Sequence record: SRR22947727_2971 | DNA: 34,513 bases | Strand: one strand, 5' to 3' | In this document: positions 9,001-18,826 of the stretch, piece by piece | Numbering within the stretch: the stretch's first letter is position 1 | How the letters are laid out: every line of letters begins with the position of its first letter | The notes under the pieces: model-generated | Databases searched by the model: none | What the model was told of the DNA's origin: nothing | What the model saw: only the letters and a program-made list of their open reading frames with translations | Made by a program: the position numbers and the translations under genes

Positions 9001-10325
9001 AGCGATCCATTTTTTCTCAAGGTTTTAAAGCTACTGACTACATGACTGTGTGTTGCAGTTTGGTCTTTATAGTAGGCCACCAATTCTACTTTTTCTGTTT
9101 CTGTTGCCCCTAATTGGTTTAAGATATTTAAAAGGTGCATTTTCATATGGCCTTTTTGAATTCCACTGGTCACTAAAGAATGCAAGGCTGCGAAATTTTG
9201 AGCGAGTCCAGCTACAGCAACAATTTCCATAAGTTGCTTAGCAGAAGGTTTTTGTAAGACAGCCATAGACCATTTCACTAAAGGGTGTAAATTGGTGAGT
9301 CCTCCAACGGTTCCTAGCGCCAAAGGCAGTTCTATCCAAAAGCAAAAAACACCATTTTCTATACTAGCATGGGTAAGGCTTGAATAGCTGCCATCTTTCG
9401 CGGCATAGGCGTGAACACCAGCTTCAATAGCCCTAAAATCATTCCCCGTTGCTAATACCACAGCGTCTACGCCATTCATAATGCCTTTGTTGTGTGTTAC
9501 AGCCCTATGTGGTTCTGCTTTTGCAATAGCAACCGCTTGCACCATTTTCTGAGCAAAAATAACACCGGATGCCCCATCAATACCTTCTAAATCTGCTACA
9601 GGACAAGATACAGTAGCCCTCACGGTGCAGTTAGGTACATAATTAGAAAGAATGCTCATGACTACTTCTATAGATTGTTCTTCTGCAGAAAATCCATGGT
9701 ATTGCTGTGCTTCTCTTTTTAAGCTTGTGGCAAATTGCTCCAAACAAGAGTTAATGAAGTTGGCGCCCATAGCATCTGCCGTTTGGAACACAGCATGTAT
9801 TTGAAAATAATGGGCCAAATCTGAAGTTTTGTCTCTCAACATCAGGTCGCTAATCCCACCGCCACGCTTTTCCATATTAGCAGTGAGTGGGGCGCAGTCT
9901 GCCAATAAAATGGGTTTTATATGGGTGAAAAAGGCCTTTAATTTTTTGGGATCACCTTGAAAGAAAAAATGTACTTGGCCTATTTTTTCAGTGCCCAGTA
10001 CTTCGGTTTTAAATCCGCCTCGCGTTCCCCAAAACTTCGCTGCTTTACTCGCTGCAGCCACAACGGAACTTTCTTCAATAGCCATTGGAATGGCATAAAG
10101 CTTGTTGTTGATTAAAAAATTTGGCGCAATTCCGAGGGGCACATAAAAATTACTGAGGGTGTTTTCAATAAATTCATCATGTAATTTTTGCAAGGTCTTG
10201 TCCTCATGCCAGTATTGGGTGAGTAGGGATTTTGTTTCAGGATCCCCTTGGGTAAACGTTTGAGATACCCAGTCTATTTTTTCTTCTTTAGAAAGTTTTG
10301 AGAATCCTTGAATGGGGGTAGACAT
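8997..10325 (-). CDS. mvaA: Class II hydroxymethylglutaryl-CoA reductase
   Basis: IEN, EESSVVAAAS, DAMGAN, RAVTHNKGIMNG, GNDFRAIEAG, GTVGG, GLAQNFAAL, GIQKGHMKMH. Confidence 0.95.
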   Translation of the reverse strand: MSTPIQGFSKLSKEEKIDWVSQTFTQGDPETKSLLTQYWHEDKTLQKLHDEFIENTLSNFYVPLGIAPNFLINNKLYAIPMAIEESSVVAAASKAAKFWGTRGGFKTEVLGTEKIGQVHFFFQGDPKKLKAFFTHIKPILLADCAPLTANMEKRGGGISDLMLRDKTSDLAHYFQIHAVFQTADAMGANFINSCLEQFATSLKREAQQYHGFSAEEQSIEVVMSILSNYVPNCTVRATVSCPVADLEGIDGASGVIFAQKMVQAVAIAKAEPHRAVTHNKGIMNGVDAVVLATGNDFRAIEAGVHAYAAKDGSYSSLTHASIENGVFCFWIELPLALGTVGGLTNLHPLVKWSMAVLQKPSAKQLMEIVAVAGLAQNFAALHSLVTSGIQKGHMKMHLLNILNQLGATETEKVELVAYYKDQTATHSHVVSSFKTLRKNGSL

Positions 10326-10469
10326 AGATTTTTTTTTGTCCTGCTAAGATAGTTAAATCCCATTTTATGACCTATTTGTAGTTTCTTTAAAGATTCTCGT
10401 ATTAAAATGTTATTTTTAGGAGCTTTTACCAGAAAATACAGGGGCTTTCCTTGTGATGAAACCATTCGT

Positions 10470-12665
10470 ATGAAAAAAATATTTTTACTTTTAGGCATCG
10501 GCCTTATGGCCTTGAATGCTGCTTTAGCCCAAGATAAAGAAGTTAGTGTGGCGGCTATTTACGACGGAACCTTTAGAACGGAAGGAATGGATGTGCTCCG
10601 GTCTAGAAATAACGGGACACAGTACACTTTACTCAATTACGACAGGGCTTCTAAAGTGCAAACCATAGATTTATACGACTACGAAACCTTAGAAAAGACA
10701 GCTACTTTGTTGTCTACAGAAGATTTGGAAGACATTGCTTATATGAGTTCTTACGCCTTTAGTGCAGATGAATCAAAAGTGCTTTTGGCTACAGATTTAA
10801 AACCCATTTACAGAAGGTCCGCACTGGGTACTTATTATCTGTATGATTTTGCTGCAAAGGCTTTGATTAAAATTGCTGACGCTCCAGTACAAGAGCCTAG
10901 TTTGTCTCCAGACGGTACCCTTGTAGCCTATGGATACGAAAACAACCTCTATGTTTTTGACCTCAAGACCCAGCAAACCAAACAGCTCACTTTTGACGGT
11001 GAAAAGAACCGTATTATCAATGGTATAACGGATTGGGTTTACGAGGAAGAATTTGGTTTTGTTCGCGCTTTTGAGTGGAGCCCTGAAGGAACACATTTGG
11101 CTTTTTTAAGATTTGACGAAACAGCGGTGCCTGAGTATTCTATGCCTATTTATGGAGCAGACTTATACCCTACATTGCAAACATTTAAATACCCTAAGGC
11201 GGGAGAAAACAACGCAATAGTGAGCTTACACCTCTATGAGCTAGAGGGCGCAAAAACATCTAAAATCCCCGTAGAGGCTTATTATATTCCACGTATTATA
11301 TGGAAAAACAACCCAGACGAGTTGGCTTTCCAAACCTTTAACAGGCACCAAAATGAACTTATTTTATACCAGTATAACAAAGTTTCGGAGGCGCTCACTG
11401 TACTGCATAAAGAAGTAGATGCTGCCTATGTAGATGTGAATGACAACCTGACCTTTCTCTTAGACGACAGTTTTATTTGGACCTCTGAGAAAGGCGGTTA
11501 CAACCACCTTTACTTACACGATAAAAACGGTAAAGAAAAAAGACAACTTACCTCAGGTGATTGGGAGGTAACGGCATATTATGGTTACGATCAAAAGCGC
11601 AAAAAGATATTTTTTCAGTCTACCGCTATGGGTTCTATCAATAGAGATGTGTACTCGGTAGGCATTAACGGTAAAAATGTCTCGCGTTTGACCGCGCAGG
11701 ATGGAGTGAATAGGGCTAGTTTTTCTGCAGATTTCACGTATTTCATTAATGCACATTCTAATGCCGCCACGCCCCCTTCTTACACATTAAATACTACGGT
11801 CTCTAAAAAAAGAGTCCGTGACGCTAATGCTGGGCAGTCTTTAATGTTAAAAACCATTGTAGATAATATGGCTCTTTTAAATACACTAGAAGCTTATAAC
11901 ATAAGCCCAAAAGAGTTTTCTACCCTTGCTGTAAATGGGAACGATCTCAATATGTGGATGATTAAGCCGGCAGATTTTGATCCAGCTAAAAAGTATCCGC
12001 TTTTAATGTTTCAATACAGTGGGCCTGGATCACAGTCGGTATCCAATACCTGGATGAGTGGTAATGATTACTGGTACCAATTATTGCAGTCTAAGGGGTA
12101 TATTATTGCCTGCGTAGACGGGAGAGGTACAGGATTTAAGGGCAGAGATTTTAAAAAATCTACTTACTTACAATTGGTGCGATACGAGAGTGATGACCAG
12201 ATTGCCGCAGCAGAAAAATTGTCTTCCCTTCCTTATATAGATGAAAATCGTACCGGAATTTGGGGTTGGAGCTTTGGAGGAGACATGGCCATGCATTGTA
12301 TTTTAAAAGGGAATGATGTTTTTGAAACGGCCATTTCTGTTGCGCCTGTAACCTCATGGAGGTTTTACGACACTATTTATACGGAGCGTTTCATGAGAAC
12401 GCCTCAGGAAAATCCGGAAGGATACGATTTAAATTCTCCCCTTAATTACGCGGAGCAATTAAAAGGCAAGTTGTTATTAGTTCACGGCTCTGCAGACGAC
12501 AATGTGCATTTTCAAAACACCATGAGAATGGTGGAGGCTTTGGTTCAGGCCAATAAGCAATTTGACTGGGCTTTATATCCTGACAAAAACCACGGTATTT
12601 ACGGTGGCAAAACTAGGGAGCAACTCTATACTAAAATGACCCATTTTATTTTAAACAACCTTTAA
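10470..12665 (+). CDS. Dipeptidyl peptidase IV (S9B family)
   Basis: Signal peptide from the ATG at 10470, DWVYEEE, YPKAG, catalytic GWSFGG, DDNVH and NHGI. The upstream extension in the ORF track is unlikely. Confidence 0.93.
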   Translation: MKKIFLLLGIGLMALNAALAQDKEVSVAAIYDGTFRTEGMDVLRSRNNGTQYTLLNYDRASKVQTIDLYDYETLEKTATLLSTEDLEDIAYMSSYAFSADESKVLLATDLKPIYRRSALGTYYLYDFAAKALIKIADAPVQEPSLSPDGTLVAYGYENNLYVFDLKTQQTKQLTFDGEKNRIINGITDWVYEEEFGFVRAFEWSPEGTHLAFLRFDETAVPEYSMPIYGADLYPTLQTFKYPKAGENNAIVSLHLYELEGAKTSKIPVEAYYIPRIIWKNNPDELAFQTFNRHQNELILYQYNKVSEALTVLHKEVDAAYVDVNDNLTFLLDDSFIWTSEKGGYNHLYLHDKNGKEKRQLTSGDWEVTAYYGYDQKRKKIFFQSTAMGSINRDVYSVGINGKNVSRLTAQDGVNRASFSADFTYFINAHSNAATPPSYTLNTTVSKKRVRDANAGQSLMLKTIVDNMALLNTLEAYNISPKEFSTLAVNGNDLNMWMIKPADFDPAKKYPLLMFQYSGPGSQSVSNTWMSGNDYWYQLLQSKGYIIACVDGRGTGFKGRDFKKSTYLQLVRYESDDQIAAAEKLSSLPYIDENRTGIWGWSFGGDMAMHCILKGNDVFETAISVAPVTSWRFYDTIYTERFMRTPQENPEGYDLNSPLNYAEQLKGKLLLVHGSADDNVHFQNTMRMVEALVQANKQFDWALYPDKNHGIYGGKTREQLYTKMTHFILNNL

Positions 12666-12681
12666 TACACAAACAACTTAT

Positions 12682-14208
12682 ATGACTACACCTACCCAAA
12701 CACCTAAAGATATTTTAGGACACCCTCAGGGACTTTTTTATCTATTTTTTGCCGAGTTATGGGAGCGTTTTAGTTTCTACGGAATGCGCGCTTTATTGAC
12801 CCTTTATATGGTGAATAAAATATTTGAAGCCCTAAGCACAAGGGATGTAGCTGCTGCGGCTGTATATGCTTCTTACGGTTCACTGGTGTATGCTTCTACC
12901 GTGATTGGTGGTAAGATTTCAGACACTACACTGGGTCTTAGAAGGTCCATTTTTCTTGGCGGTATTCTCATGTCTCTGGGACATTTTGTGTTGGCTGTAG
13001 ACAATACCTATGCCTTTTATTTGGCCTTGGGTCTTATTGTAGTAGGGAATGGTTTTTTTAAGCCCAATATTTCCACTTTTGTGGGCTCCCTCTATAAGGA
13101 CGGCGATGTGAGAAAAGACTCTGGATTCACCATTTTTTATATGGGAATTAATATTGGTGGCTGGGTCGCTCCGCTTCTTTGTGGCTGGTTGGCGGCTACT
13201 TACGGTTGGCATTACGGTTTTGGATTGGCAGGATTTGGTATGTTATTAGGACTGGTATTCTTTTGGAACGGGATTAAAAGACAGGTTTTTGGATCAGAGG
13301 GATTGCCCCCTTCTCAAGAAGCCATTGACAAACCTTTACTAGGGGTTTCTCAAGGAAAAATGATCCCTATTCTCGCTTTTCTAACTGCGCCATTGATTGC
13401 ATTTTTATTGTCTTCATACGGTCCATTTATGAACGGAGAAACCTTCTTAGGAGACCAGAACTTAGTTAATATTATTTTTAAAGCCATTGGCGCAGTGATT
13501 CTCTTTTATTTAGCTAAAGTTTTAATAGACGCTACCATAGAAGAGCGCAAAAAATTAATTGTGGCTATTTTGATTACTTTTTTTATGACTATTTTTTGGG
13601 GTTTTCACGAACTTTCAGGAAGTGTTATTACTTTGTTTGCTGCCAGAAATGTGAATTTAAGCCTGATGGATGCGGCCCAGACCAATTCCTTAAACTCCAT
13701 GTTTATTATTATTCTGGCCATTCCAATTTCACTCATGTGGGCTTATTTGGCTAAAACAAAAAGAAACCCAAGAACGCCTTATAAATTTGGTTTAGGCTTG
13801 CTTTTTGCAGGTTTGAGTTTTTATATTTTATCTATTAGTGGGCTTCAAGCAGATGAAAACGGCATGGTCCCTTTTAGCTATTTATTGGTGATGTATTTTA
13901 TGTTGTCTATTGGAGAGTTGTTTATGTCTCCTGTGGGTCTTTCAAAAATCACGGATCTTTCGCCCAAAAGAATTGTGGCATTTATGATGGGAATCTGGTT
14001 CTTGTCTTCTGCCTATGCCTTTCAAGTGGTAGGATTTATTAGCAAGGAATTGGCGGTAGAGAGTGATAATGCCAATGTGGGCGGTTTGGAAACACTGACG
14101 GTCTATACCGACGGATTTGAATTAATTGCCATGTATTCAATTGGAGCAGGGGTGCTGGTTTTAATCGCATCGCCCTTTATTAAGAGACTGATGGGTAACG
14201 TACACTAA
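12682..14208 (+). CDS. POT/PTR-family proton-dependent oligopeptide transporter
   Basis: ELWERFSFYGMR, GNGFFKPNIS, FTIFYMGINIG, GELFMSPVGLS. Confidence 0.95.
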   Translation: MTTPTQTPKDILGHPQGLFYLFFAELWERFSFYGMRALLTLYMVNKIFEALSTRDVAAAAVYASYGSLVYASTVIGGKISDTTLGLRRSIFLGGILMSLGHFVLAVDNTYAFYLALGLIVVGNGFFKPNISTFVGSLYKDGDVRKDSGFTIFYMGINIGGWVAPLLCGWLAATYGWHYGFGLAGFGMLLGLVFFWNGIKRQVFGSEGLPPSQEAIDKPLLGVSQGKMIPILAFLTAPLIAFLLSSYGPFMNGETFLGDQNLVNIIFKAIGAVILFYLAKVLIDATIEERKKLIVAILITFFMTIFWGFHELSGSVITLFAARNVNLSLMDAAQTNSLNSMFIIILAIPISLMWAYLAKTKRNPRTPYKFGLGLLFAGLSFYILSISGLQADENGMVPFSYLLVMYFMLSIGELFMSPVGLSKITDLSPKRIVAFMMGIWFLSSAYAFQVVGFISKELAVESDNANVGGLETLTVYTDGFELIAMYSIGAGVLVLIASPFIKRLMGNVH

Positions 14209-14242
14209 GATTTATTAAGGCCTATTTGTGGCCCAGGTAATT

Positions 14243-16366
14243 TTAAGGTGCTGGGTCTTTTTTGAAACTATAAAAACCTTGGGTGTCTATCTTCCAGATA
14301 AGGCGCCCATTTTTTTGCGCCCATTTTTCCCAAGCATTCATCTCTTTGGTAGGGTAAAACCCGCTTGTAATGAGTTGGGTATTTTTGAGCTGCTCTGGTT
14401 TAAAATGCGAGGGGTATGCTCTGGCGCTAGAGTCAATAATAATATGACTGATAGGGCCTTTAATGTGGTTCGTTGTTTTTGGAAATACAATTTTAAATTC
14501 CTCCAATTGATAATTGTTTGCCCATTCTTTATGAATTATTTCATGAATACCGTAATTGTTTTTAAAGCTGTTTAAGGTGTTTTTGTCTAAGGTTTTTTCA
14601 CTAAAGTAATGGATGGTTTTAGGTGTTATAGAAAGCAATGACAGCTGTCCATAGGATTTTATGATGTAGTGCTCATTGGTCTTATGGTCATATATTTTTT
14701 GGCCCATTACAATGCTTTGAAAAATCATTACAGCGCAAAAAAAGTACTGTATGCTTTTGGGCTTGTGGTATTTTTGGTGCTGCCATATTAGAAACCCTGC
14801 CATTAAAAGCAGCATTGCCCAAAGGTAACTACTCGGGAAGTAAATGCTTTTGAGTATCCACTGTTCTTGAGCGCCAATCCATTCCACCGTATTGTTTAAG
14901 ATTGAAAAACCCTTGTTCAAGAGCCATACCAATAGGTCTGGTGGCTTAGCAAATGCCCACCAGATTCCAGTAAATATCCCTAAGCCAAGAAGTATGCCTA
15001 TCCAGGGAATAATTAAAAGATTGGTTACTAGAAATAGTAAGGGAAATTGGTGGAATGAAAATAAGGAGGGCCCTAATACTACCAATTGCGCCAAAAGGCT
15101 GATGCCCAAAAGCTGCCAGATTTTTTTGACGTACTTGTTTTTGGGAACCCCCAACGATTCCACAAGGGGCATTCCTAGAAGGATGCTAGCGACTGCAGCG
15201 TAGCTCATCACAAAGCCTAAGGAAAAAAGCACCAATGGGTTCCACAGGACCATGAAAAAAAATGAAATGGCTAGGTAGTGCAACGAAAACATGTGCCTAT
15301 TAAAAATCCAGCCAACAGATAAAAAACCAAACATAGCAACAGCCCTAACTACAGATGGGGAACTTCCAGAAAACACCGCATAGATCCACAAGCAAAATAT
15401 AAGTAGTACGCTAGAGAGTACTTTTCCTCTAGGGAGCCTTTGAAGTGGGGCTAATATAAATAACAGCATAGCTGCAATCATTCCTATGTGTAAGCCAGAT
15501 ATGGCCAAAATATGTGCAGCTCCTGCATTTTGGTATGCAGTTCTTAAGCCCGGGTCTAGTGTTTTTTTCTCCCCAAACACCAAGGCGCTATATACTTGAA
15601 TTGCCGCTGAATCCATGGCAGTTGTTTTTATTTTTTCTAATATGTCACGCTTTATATTCTCGATTGCAGCGAGGTATTTATAACCGCTTTTCGGGCCTGA
15701 ATTGTCTATTTTTTTCCAATGGCTTATGTAAAGGGTGAAATGAATATCTTGTGTCCTGAGGTAGTTTTTATAACTAAACCCCCTTGGTAATTGTGTGGCA
15801 CTTGGGATGTTTAAATAGCCCTTAGCAAGACCAACCTGTCCTATTTTCAAGGCTTCTTTTCAAGTGTCTTTGGCATGAGAAAGCAATGCTTTGACTGTTT
15901 GTATAGGATTGGATTTAAGGTGATTGTTCGCTAAAACTGTACAGTCCTTAATTTTTATTGGACTGATCTCGGCCACATACCTGTACTGCTTCCCCTGGCT
16001 TTTTAGTGGTGCTTCAATGACGAATTGATAATATTGTGGTTTATTTCCATTAATCTCCAACGTGAATGGGTTAATGGTCTCTAGCGTATTTTTTTGTTTC
16101 CCTTCATGATGGAGTGTTTTAAAAAGTCGCTGACTTGGATGCATTTCCATGCGCAAGCTTCCCATTAAAAAAGTGGCCAAAAAGCAAAACAGCCAGAAAA
16201 CATAGGGCCTTGTTTTGGTGAAATAGGCCAATAAAAAGGTGCAAATAGATAAGCTTATTAACAGCGGACTGCCTGTGTAAAAAAAAAAAATCCAATAAAT
16301 AACTATGATCCCTAGGCTATATCCTAAGATGAGCAATAAAAGATGAGAAGTGTGCTTAAAAAACAT
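14243..16366 (-). pseudogene. comEC: ComEC/Rec2 competence channel interrupted by one in-frame TGA at 15862..15860
   Basis: ORFs 15860..16366 and 14243..15850 share one frame (...SHAKDT*KEALKIGQ...), 708 codons in total. Competence-domain motifs HILAISGLHIG, SPSVVRA, SLGFVMSY, FHQFP. Confidence 0.8.
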
Positions 16367-16483
16367 AGTTCCTTGTGGTCACTAGGTTTTTTTGGTAAAA
16401 AAAGGGGGGAGTAGCTAATAAAACACTAAAAATAGGATAAAAGTTATCGCTATTGACAGATGCTTTAGGGTATAATATACAAT

Positions 16484-17602
16484 TTATTTACTGGACTTGA
16501 GCGAATGAACTATGTCTTTGGCTGTTCTTTCTGCTGCACCACCTGCACCGAGTTTTTGTTTTAAAATTTGATAGTTTTCTAGTTGATCTTCACGCTCCGC
16601 ACCCACTAGAATATTATTTAGGTGTGCGTTTAAATTTTTGACATTTAAATTATTTTGGATCAGTTCCGGTACCGCCTCTTTGTCTAAAATTAGATTGACC
16701 AATGAGATGTATGGAAGGGTGATGATTTTTTTTGCAATCCAATAAGTAAGCCATTGTGTTTTGTAGCACACGATTTGTGGCACCCCAATCAATGCGGTTT
16801 CTAAGGTGGCTGTTCCACTGGTGACTAGCGCCGCTTTTGAGTGTTGCAGTAGGGCATAAGTTTGGCCTTGAACTATTTTTATTGGAGCGTCCCCTATAAT
16901 GTCTGTGTACATTTTAAGGGAAATATTTGGGGCCGCAGCCAATACAAACTGATGGTCTTTAAATGTATTGCAGGTCTTTACTAAAAGGGGTAAAACGGCT
17001 TTTATCTCCCCTTTTCTTGAGCCTGGTAAGAGGGCAATAAAGGGTTTTTCTAAAGCTAAATTTTGTGTTTTGGCCCAATTTTTTTCTGGCGCTTTCAAGT
17101 CCGAGATAGGGTCTAAAAGCGGGTGCCCAACAAAAGTTGGACTGTAGTGGTATTTTTTGTAAAACTCAGGCTCAAAAGGCAAAGTGACATATAAGTGGTC
17201 AATGCTAGACTTTATTTTTTGAACTCTATTGGGCCTGGAAGCCCAAACTTGAGGGGCTATATAGTAGTGTGTGGCAAAGCCATTTTCTTTTGCCCATGGG
17301 GCAATTCTTAAATTAAAACCGGAGAAGTCAATAAAAATAACGGCATCTGGTTTAAATTCAAGAAGGTCTTTTTTGCAGAAGGAAATATTTTTAAAGATCT
17401 GAGGGAGTTTTTTTAAAACATCTATAAAGCCCATTACAGCGATCTCTTTGTAATGCATGGCCAAGGACGCACCCTGAGTTTCCATGAGATCTCCTCCCCA
17501 AGCCCTAATCTGTGCATTGGCATCTATTTTCATTAAATGTTTTACCAAATAACTTCCATGAAGGTCTCCTGAGGCCTCTCCTGCAATGATGTAATATTTC
17601 AT
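16484..17602 (-). CDS. lpxB: Lipid-A-disaccharide synthase
   Basis: AGEASGDLHG, IDFSGFN, YYIAPQVWA, LPFE, FVGHPL, LLPGSR, SGTATLE, ISLVNLI. Confidence 0.96.
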   Translation of the reverse strand: MKYYIIAGEASGDLHGSYLVKHLMKIDANAQIRAWGGDLMETQGASLAMHYKEIAVMGFIDVLKKLPQIFKNISFCKKDLLEFKPDAVIFIDFSGFNLRIAPWAKENGFATHYYIAPQVWASRPNRVQKIKSSIDHLYVTLPFEPEFYKKYHYSPTFVGHPLLDPISDLKAPEKNWAKTQNLALEKPFIALLPGSRKGEIKAVLPLLVKTCNTFKDHQFVLAAAPNISLKMYTDIIGDAPIKIVQGQTYALLQHSKAALVTSGTATLETALIGVPQIVCYKTQWLTYWIAKKIITLPYISLVNLILDKEAVPELIQNNLNVKNLNAHLNNILVGAEREDQLENYQILKQKLGAGGAAERTAKDIVHSLKSSK

Positions 17603-17901
17603 AGCCCCAAAGCTTTTAAAATTAAAATACTGAGTGCTGCGGTAATTGTAGCAACTAAAACCCCTTTAGCTTCAGGGTCTTTTTTTAATTTAATGAATGC
17701 AAAAAAAGCCAATAAATTTAAAACAGCGCCCAATCCAATAATTGACCCAAGGTATCCGTTTAAATAAGCCATTTGGAGGGTAGACCTTATTTTTAGCGGT
17801 GAAAAAAGTAAGATGTATAGGATAATTCCCAGCGTATTTGCTAGGTACCCTATTCCTATTCCTAGGGCTATTTTATAGCGGTGTTTTCCACTACTTTGCA
17901 T
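17599..17901 (-). CDS. Small three-TM membrane protein of unknown function
   Basis: Likely ATG at 17901 (MQSSGKHRY...), about 100 aa with three hydrophobic segments. Overlaps the surE end and shares ATGA with lpxB. Confidence 0.7.
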   Translation of the reverse strand: MQSSGKHRYKIALGIGIGYLANTLGIILYILLFSPLKIRSTLQMAYLNGYLGSIIGLGAVLNLLAFFAFIKLKKDPEAKGVLVATITAALSILILKALGL

Positions 17902-18676
17902 GGAGTTCCCAAGTATTAATATTTTGAATAGCATGGTGTGCTGTAAGGTCAAATTGGGTAGGTACAAGGGAGATATATCCATGATCTAAAGCCCATTGAT
18001 CCGTATCTTCTCCTTTGTCTTGAAGGTCAAAAACACCTGTTAGCCAATAGTAATCCCTTCCCATTGGACTGGTTCTTTTGTCAAATTTCTCTTTCCAATT
18101 TCCTTTGGCCTGCCTAGACACTTTAATTCCTTTGATTGGTGTATGCTCCGTTATTTTAGGAATATTTACATTGAGCACTACCCCAGACGGAATCCCTTTG
18201 CTTAAGGATTCCTTAATAATTTGTTGGATATAGGGTTTGGCACTTGCGAAATTGGCTTCCCAACTAAAGTCGCAAAGGGAGAATCCTATGGCAGGGATTC
18301 CTTCTATTCCTGCCTCAATAGCAGCACTCATTGTACCTGAATAAATGACATTTATAGAAGCATTTGAACCGTGGTTTATTCCACTAATACAGAGGTCCGG
18401 TTTGCGGTGTAAAATTTCTTGAAGTGCTATTTTCACGCAGTCAGCGGGCGTACCGCTACAACTAAACTCTTTTTGTTCAGGATTGTTTTTATCTATGACT
18501 ATTTGCTCTGCATATAAGGTGCTATTTATGGTAATTGCGTGTCCCATTCCAGATTGAGGACTGTCCGGAGCCACAACGATTACTTCACCAATTTCTTTGG
18601 CAAATTCTATGAGGTGCCTTATTCCTGGAGCAGTAATTCCGTCGTCGTTAGTAATGAGGATAAGTGGTTTTTGCAT
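17891..18676 (-). CDS. surE: 5'/3'-nucleotidase SurE
   Basis: ILITNDDGITAPG, GTPADCV, SGINHGSN, YSGT, LNVNIP. Confidence 0.97.
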   Translation of the reverse strand: MQKPLILITNDDGITAPGIRHLIEFAKEIGEVIVVAPDSPQSGMGHAITINSTLYAEQIVIDKNNPEQKEFSCSGTPADCVKIALQEILHRKPDLCISGINHGSNASINVIYSGTMSAAIEAGIEGIPAIGFSLCDFSWEANFASAKPYIQQIIKESLSKGIPSGVVLNVNIPKITEHTPIKGIKVSRQAKGNWKEKFDKRTSPMGRDYYWLTGVFDLQDKGEDTDQWALDHGYISLVPTQFDLTAHHAIQNINTWELHAK

Positions 18677-18693
18677 AGTGGGCTATTTGTGAA

Positions 18694-18701
18694 CAAAAAT
18701 A
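18694..18701 (-). promoter_or_regulatory. -7 element for the surE-lpxB operon
   Basis: TATTTTTG, a perfect TAnnTTTG, 17 nt upstream of the surE ATG. Confidence 0.6.
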
Positions 18702-18826
18702 CAATAATTATAGGCATTACTACCGGGACTATTTTAACAAAAAATTATTTATGAACGCCTAATAATTGCTAGCACTTTTACTTATCTTAGGACTTTAAAA
18801 GCCTTCCAAAGGCTGGTTGCTAAAAA

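Noticed and set aside
10274-10498. 74-aa minus-strand ORF and the 21-codon upstream extension of DPP-IV (10407)
   Set aside because: They span the divergent promoter region and overlap real genes. The DPP-IV signal peptide starts at 10470.
14228-15738. Plus-strand ORFs 14228..14575, 14892..15203 and 15514..15738
   Set aside because: Antisense shadows of comEC with no recognisable motifs. The same applies to the other short antisense ORFs in the track.
15815-15862. Selenocysteine read-through of the comEC TGA; a weak stem-loop (AGGAC-AGGTTG-GTCTT) follows it and a SelO gene is nearby
   Set aside because: The site is in a variable region with no Cys-type motif, ComEC is not a known selenoprotein, the stem is weak, SelO here is the Cys form, and no sel machinery is in the window.
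16453-16476. TTGACA and TATAAT hexamers on the plus strand, pointing antisense into lpxB
   Set aside because: The spacer is only 12 nt instead of about 17, and the Bacteroidota primary sigma uses TTTG/TAnnTTTG. Likely chance in AT-rich DNA.
17902-17982. N-terminal 27 codons of the 127-aa ORF
   Set aside because: They overlap the conserved surE C-terminus; the ATG at 17901 gives a normal short overlap.
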